Source: Candidatus Kryptonium sp. (GTDB lineage: Bacteria > Bacteroidota > Ignavibacteria > Kryptoniales > Kryptoniaceae). Taken from it: DNA of 33,194 nt. Below, one piece after another: positions 29,019 to 33,194 of the stretch. The stretch spans positions 1 through 33,194 of the forward strand of contig JBKBWH010000001.1 of assembly GCA_046289115.1 (NCBI GenBank), given 5' to 3'. The translations under genes were made by a program, and so were the position numbers. The notes below the pieces were generated by a model. It was given only the letters and a program-made list of their open reading frames with translations. It searched no databases and was not told where the DNA came from. Each line of letters begins with the position of its first letter. Position 1 is the first letter of the stretch.

Positions 29019-30413
29019 TTATTTACCAATACAAAACTTTGAAAAGATATTGTTTAAGATATCATCCGTCGTCACTTCCCCGATTATCTCACCGAGATGA
29101 TTAAGCCCAGCTCTTAAATCCACAGCCACAAGATCTCCACTCATTCCTTCTTCAAGCGACTTTAGAGCGTAAAGTAAGCTCTGCTTTGCTTTAATAAGTG
29201 CATCCCGATGTCTCACATTTGTAATAACAACGCTTGCCTCAGTTCTGTTCATTCCAAAAAAAGATTGTTCAACCATTATCTTTTTCAACTTATCAAGCCC
29301 AAACCCAGTTAAAGCAGAGATATTAATAACAGGAAAATTGTTAGCTATCTTCTCCCTTTGAATTTCCCTTCCATTCAAAAGATCAACCTTGTTAAAAACA
29401 ATTATGCATTTCTTTGATTCATCCATCGCAAGGTTTAAAACACGATGATAAAGCCTTATATCGCTTTCACTAATTTCATCGGTTGAATCTATCACAAGCA
29501 AAATCATATCCGCCCTCCTAAGTTGTTCTTCAGCTCTTCTAACTCCTTCTTGTTCAATGACATCGTAAGTCTCCCTTAAACCCGCTGTGTCAACGATCCT
29601 GAAAAGAAGACCCTCAATATTTAAACTTTCTTCAATTATGTCCCTCGTCGTCCCTGGAATGTCGCTTACTATTGCCCTGTTCTCACTTAAAAGGGCATTC
29701 AATAAACTTGACTTTCCAGCGTTTGGCTTCCCAGCGATGACAACTTTTACTCCCTCACGATAAATTTTCCCATATTTAAATGTCTCTATTAATTCATCGA
29801 TTTCATCTATCGCATCTCTAATTTTATTCGCAAGTTCCGGCTTATCAACAAATTCAAGGTCCTCATCTGCAAAATCAAGTTCAAGCTCAACAAGCGAACA
29901 TAAATTTATCAAATCATCCCTCATCTTTTTAATCTTTCTTGAAAGCGAACCTTCAAGCTGAGATAGCGAACTTTGATACGCAAGGTCAGTCACAGACCGT
30001 ATCAAATCAGCGATTGCCTCAGCCTGCGAAAGATCTATCCTTCCGTTTAAAAAAGCTCGCTTTGTAAATTCACCCGGTTGTGCAAGTCGCGCTCCAGCCT
30101 CAAGTATTGTCTCAAGAACTTTTCTCGTGACGAAAATTCCTCCATGACAACTTATCTCAACCGTATCCTCGCCCGTGTATGAATGCGGAGCCCTGAAGAC
30201 AGTAGCAACGACATAATCAACAACCTTCCCCATTGAATCAACTATACTCCCGTAATGAGCCGTATGAGTTTTAACCTCCTCAAGCTTCTTCCTGCCTCTA
30301 AAAACTTTATCAGCAATTTTTATTGCATCTTTCCCACTTATCCTGATCACAGAAATCCCAGCCTCTCCAATCGCCGTTGAAATTGCAGCGATTGTATCCT
30401 CAAGATATTTCAT
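29019..30413 (-). CDS. mnmE: tRNA modification GTPase MnmE (TrmE)
   Basis: DTIAAIST, PHSYTGED, PGEFTKRAFLNG, GKPNAGKSSL, PGTTRD, DTAG, NKVD and C-terminal FCIGK. Confidence 0.98.
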   Translation of the reverse strand: MKYLEDTIAAISTAIGEAGISVIRISGKDAIKIADKVFRGRKKLEEVKTHTAHYGSIVDSMGKVVDYVVATVFRAPHSYTGEDTVEISCHGGIFVTRKVLETILEAGARLAQPGEFTKRAFLNGRIDLSQAEAIADLIRSVTDLAYQSSLSQLEGSLSRKIKKMRDDLINLCSLVELELDFADEDLEFVDKPELANKIRDAIDEIDELIETFKYGKIYREGVKVVIAGKPNAGKSSLLNALLSENRAIVSDIPGTTRDIIEESLNIEGLLFRIVDTAGLRETYDVIEQEGVRRAEEQLRRADMILLVIDSTDEISESDIRLYHRVLNLAMDESKKCIIVFNKVDLLNGREIQREKIANNFPVINISALTGFGLDKLKKIMVEQSFFGMNRTEASVVITNVRHRDALIKAKQSLLYALKSLEEGMSGDLVAVDLRAGLNHLGEIIGEVTTDDILNNIFSKFCIGK

Positions 30414-30518
30414 CGTAAAGGCTTAAAAATTTGATATGATTTTATGTTCAATTTAAAAAATCAACCCCTCAAATCAAAAATAAGAGCATCTCACTGCTGT
30501 GCTTCAATCCTTGCTTGA

Positions 30519-30575
30519 ATTTTGAACATCTGGTCAAAATTTGACTTTTAAGTCAAAAAGTGTTATATTTGGTCA
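30519..30575 (+). promoter_or_regulatory. tetR-operon promoter with overlapping palindromic operators
   Basis: TTGACT (30541-30546), 17-nt spacer, TATATT (30564-30569) with extended TG. Palindromes ATTTTGAACATCTGGTCAAAAT (30519-30540) and TTTGACTTTTAAGTCAAA (30540-30557). Confidence 0.75.
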
Positions 30576-30599
30576 TCTTGAAACTTAAAATAAACCGGT

Positions 30600-31223
30600 A
30601 TGTCAAAGTCAAAAAGGCGTGAAATAATCAAAGAAAGGCACAAACAAGAAATCATTGAGTCCGCGTTATATCTATTTGGTAAAAAGGGCTATAAAGATAC
30701 AACCATTGAAGAGATAGCTGAAAACGCCCAATTCAGCAAAGGTGCCATCTATTTTTACTTTCCAAGCAAGGAACATCTCTTCCATGAGATCTTGAAAACA
30801 GTTTTTGACAAAGTTCAATCATTTGCAGATGAAGCGAAAAATCTTAAAGGAAGTGCTCGCGAGAAACTTAGGGCTTACGCCATTAATATCATTCGCCTCT
30901 TCCTAACTGAAAATACCCATTCATTCCATGTGATGATGCAAGCGATCATGCAAATGGAAACCCAAGAAAAGGAAACGACGAGAAACTATATTCTTGAAAG
31001 GTTAAAACAAATTTCAAAAACATTAACTGACATAGTTAAAACTGATATTAAAAGTGGCAAACTGAAGAACATAAATCCAAACCTCGTTATAATGGCATTC
31101 AACGGTATGCTAAGAGATATCATCTACGGCTGCCTCAATGAGAACAAAATGGATTTAAAACCAGAAGAAATGACAGATGCGGTCATCCAAATAATTTTTG
31201 ATGGAATATCCAAAAACAAATAA
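30600..31223 (+). CDS. TetR/AcrR-family transcriptional regulator
   Basis: IIESALYLFGKKGYKDTTIEEIAENAQFSKGAIYFYFPSKEHL HTH; first gene of an efflux operon. Confidence 0.94.
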   Translation: MSKSKRREIIKERHKQEIIESALYLFGKKGYKDTTIEEIAENAQFSKGAIYFYFPSKEHLFHEILKTVFDKVQSFADEAKNLKGSAREKLRAYAINIIRLFLTENTHSFHVMMQAIMQMETQEKETTRNYILERLKQISKTLTDIVKTDIKSGKLKNINPNLVIMAFNGMLRDIIYGCLNENKMDLKPEEMTDAVIQIIFDGISKNK

Positions 31224-31234
31224 GAAGAAACACA

Positions 31235-32563
31235 ATGAAAGCATTAGTTTTATTTATCCTTTTACCGATAACACTGCTATCACAGCCAAAGATATTAACA
31301 CTTGAAGACGCAGTAAAAATAGCACTTGAGAACAACAGTCAGGTGAAAACCGCTCGCCTTGAGATTATCAAATCCGATGAGAAACTTGTTGAGGCAAGGT
31401 CAAACTTAATTCCCCAAATTAGTTTATCGGGAAGTTATTCAAGATACTTAAAGAAACCTGTTTTATTTCTCCCACCAGATTCACCATTCGGAAGGCTAAC
31501 GGGTGGCGTGATCGAGATAGGGTTTGACAATTCTTACATTGGTTTGGTCAGCCTTCAGATGCCTCTTTTTTCATGGTCTGTCTATGCCGGGGTAAATACT
31601 GCAAATAAGGGACGTTTAATCGCAGAGCAAACATACAGAAGTATAGTTTTGAAGACGATAAGCGATGTGAAAAAAACTTTTTACAATGTTCTTCTCGTAA
31701 AGGAAGCTTACAAAATAACGAAAATGAGAATTGAGCTTGCTGAAGATAATTTAAAAAATGTTGAGAAGATGTATCGACAAGGTGTTGCCTCTGAATATGA
31801 TTATATCAATGCCCAGGTTCAATATCAAAATCTACAACCGCTGTTGGTTCAAGCCGAAAACAACCTTGAACTTGCAAAAAATGCCCTTAAACTTGCCCTT
31901 GGGATCGATGTCAACGAAGAGATAGATGTGGTTGGAGAAATGAATGTTGATAATTTTGCAGAAATTGACTATACAAGTGCCCTAAAAGAACTTTATGAAA
32001 ACAACCCCGACATAAAACAGGCGGAATATCAAATAGAATTATCAAAATCGCTTGTCTCACTTGAATTATCTGGTCATCTCCCAGCCTTATTTCTAACAGG
32101 GAATCTTCAATACCAAGCACAAGCGAACGATTTCAACTTCAATCAATATAGATGGATAAGAACAACATTTATCGGTTTGCAAATACAAATCCCGATATTC
32201 AGAGGTTTTGGAACGCAGGCAAGGATCGATCAGGCAAGGGTATCGCTTCAACAGTCAACAGAACGGATGCATTTTGTAAAGCAGGCACTTGAAAACGAAT
32301 TAAAAGGCACGATCTATAAAATTGAGCAATCGAAGAAAAGAATAGAAGCCCAGAAAAAAGCTGTAGAACTTGCTGAACTTGGATATAAAATAGCAAGAAA
32401 AAGATTTGAAAGTGGCGTTGGAACACAACTTGAAGTCAGCAACGCAGAGGTGAACTTCGCACAAGCACGATTAAATTATCAACAAGCAATTTATGACTAC
32501 CTCACAGCGTTAAGCGACCTTGAAAGATTAATAGGTAAAACAAATCATTTGGAGGAAAAATGA
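31235..32563 (+). CDS. TolC-family outer membrane efflux protein
   Basis: Signal peptide, LTLEDAVKIALENN, two internal repeats (LPQISL/LPALFL; YRQGVAS/FESGVGTQLEV) and C-terminal LERLIG. Confidence 0.92.
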   Translation: MKALVLFILLPITLLSQPKILTLEDAVKIALENNSQVKTARLEIIKSDEKLVEARSNLIPQISLSGSYSRYLKKPVLFLPPDSPFGRLTGGVIEIGFDNSYIGLVSLQMPLFSWSVYAGVNTANKGRLIAEQTYRSIVLKTISDVKKTFYNVLLVKEAYKITKMRIELAEDNLKNVEKMYRQGVASEYDYINAQVQYQNLQPLLVQAENNLELAKNALKLALGIDVNEEIDVVGEMNVDNFAEIDYTSALKELYENNPDIKQAEYQIELSKSLVSLELSGHLPALFLTGNLQYQAQANDFNFNQYRWIRTTFIGLQIQIPIFRGFGTQARIDQARVSLQQSTERMHFVKQALENELKGTIYKIEQSKKRIEAQKKAVELAELGYKIARKRFESGVGTQLEVSNAEVNFAQARLNYQQAIYDYLTALSDLERLIGKTNHLEEK

Positions 32564-33194
32564 AAAAACTATTTTTGGGCACATTTCTAATTGTCGGATT
32601 AATTTTCTTGGGATGTGCGTCAAAGAATGAAGATCCTAAATCAAACAACTTAAATGAAGATATAGTCCCAGTTAAAGTAGCGAAAGCAGAGAAAAGAAAC
32701 TATGATATAATCCTTGAATACGCTGGAACCGTAGAACCTTATCAAAAAGCTCGAGTTGGCGCACAAATATCTGGGACGGTTGAAAAAATTTATGTAAGAG
32801 AAGGCGACTTTGTAAAAGAGGGACAGATCCTCGCCCAAATGAATACTCAACAACTGACTCAAGCAAAGATACAATATGAACTTGCAGAATCCGACTATAA
32901 AAGAATGAAATCACTCTTTGAAACTGGCTCAATTCCCGAACAACAACTTGAAAGAGCTAAAGCAAATTACGAAGCAGCCAAAGCCTCTTATGAACTCATT
33001 CTTTCTAACACCCAAATTCGCGCACCCTTTGATGGAATTATAACTGAAAAACTTATGAACGAAGGAGAAGTTTTCACACTCGTCCCAACTGGTGTTGGAG
33101 GTCCTGGAATAGTTACCCTGATGAGAATGGATATTGTGAAAATAAAATTAAGTATTGCCGAAAGAGATTTCCCATTGATAAAACTAAATCAACC
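32560..33194 (+). CDS. RND efflux periplasmic adaptor (membrane fusion) lipoprotein, 3'-truncated
   Basis: Not in the ORF track because it has no stop in the window. GGAGG then ATG 32560 overlaps the TolC stop. It reads MKKLFLGTFLIVGLIFLG-C lipobox, ISGTVEKIYVREGDFVKEGQIL and IRAPFDGII, and is open to the window end. Confidence 0.92.
   Translation, partial: MKKLFLGTFLIVGLIFLGCASKNEDPKSNNLNEDIVPVKVAKAEKRNYDIILEYAGTVEPYQKARVGAQISGTVEKIYVREGDFVKEGQILAQMNTQQLTQAKIQYELAESDYKRMKSLFETGSIPEQQLERAKANYEAAKASYELILSNTQIRAPFDGIITEKLMNEGEVFTLVPTGVGGPGIVTLMRMDIVKIKLSIAERDFPLIKLNQ

Noticed and set aside
30414-30599. oriC in the mnmE-tetR intergenic region
   Set aside because: No TTATCCACA-type DnaA box cluster seen. 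The palindromes are better explained as TetR operators.

Overview
A core-chromosome window from a low-GC (by eye, high-30s %) diderm bacterium. Gene order and protein signatures suggest the Chlorobi/Ignavibacteria/Kryptonia part of the FCB group, which is an inference. From left to right it holds: the 3' end of malate dehydrogenase; an uncharacterised lipoprotein; a TonB-dependent receptor; tRNA-Leu(GAG); pterin-4a-carbinolamine dehydratase; a complete minus-strand dcw cluster (mraZ-rsmH-ftsL-ftsI-murE-murF-mraY-murD-ftsW-murG-murC-murB-ftsQ-ftsA-ftsZ); a LexA-family gene; the minus-strand mnmE-mnmG-rsmG-murQ-mfd run with two perfect parS sites; and a divergent TetR-TolC-RND adaptor efflux operon cut by the window end. 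No mobile element, CRISPR array or prophage is visible. The most unusual element is the LexA homologue, which has lost all three autocleavage determinants (Ala-Gly to Ala-Gln, catalytic Ser to Gly, catalytic Lys to Arg) while keeping its winged-helix domain. It is the only plus-strand gene in a ~29 kb minus-strand run. It shares a divergent control region with mraZ/dcw, has an SOS-box-like site in its promoter spacer, and overlaps the 3' end of mfd. This suggests a repurposed, RecA-insensitive regulator next to the division operon.
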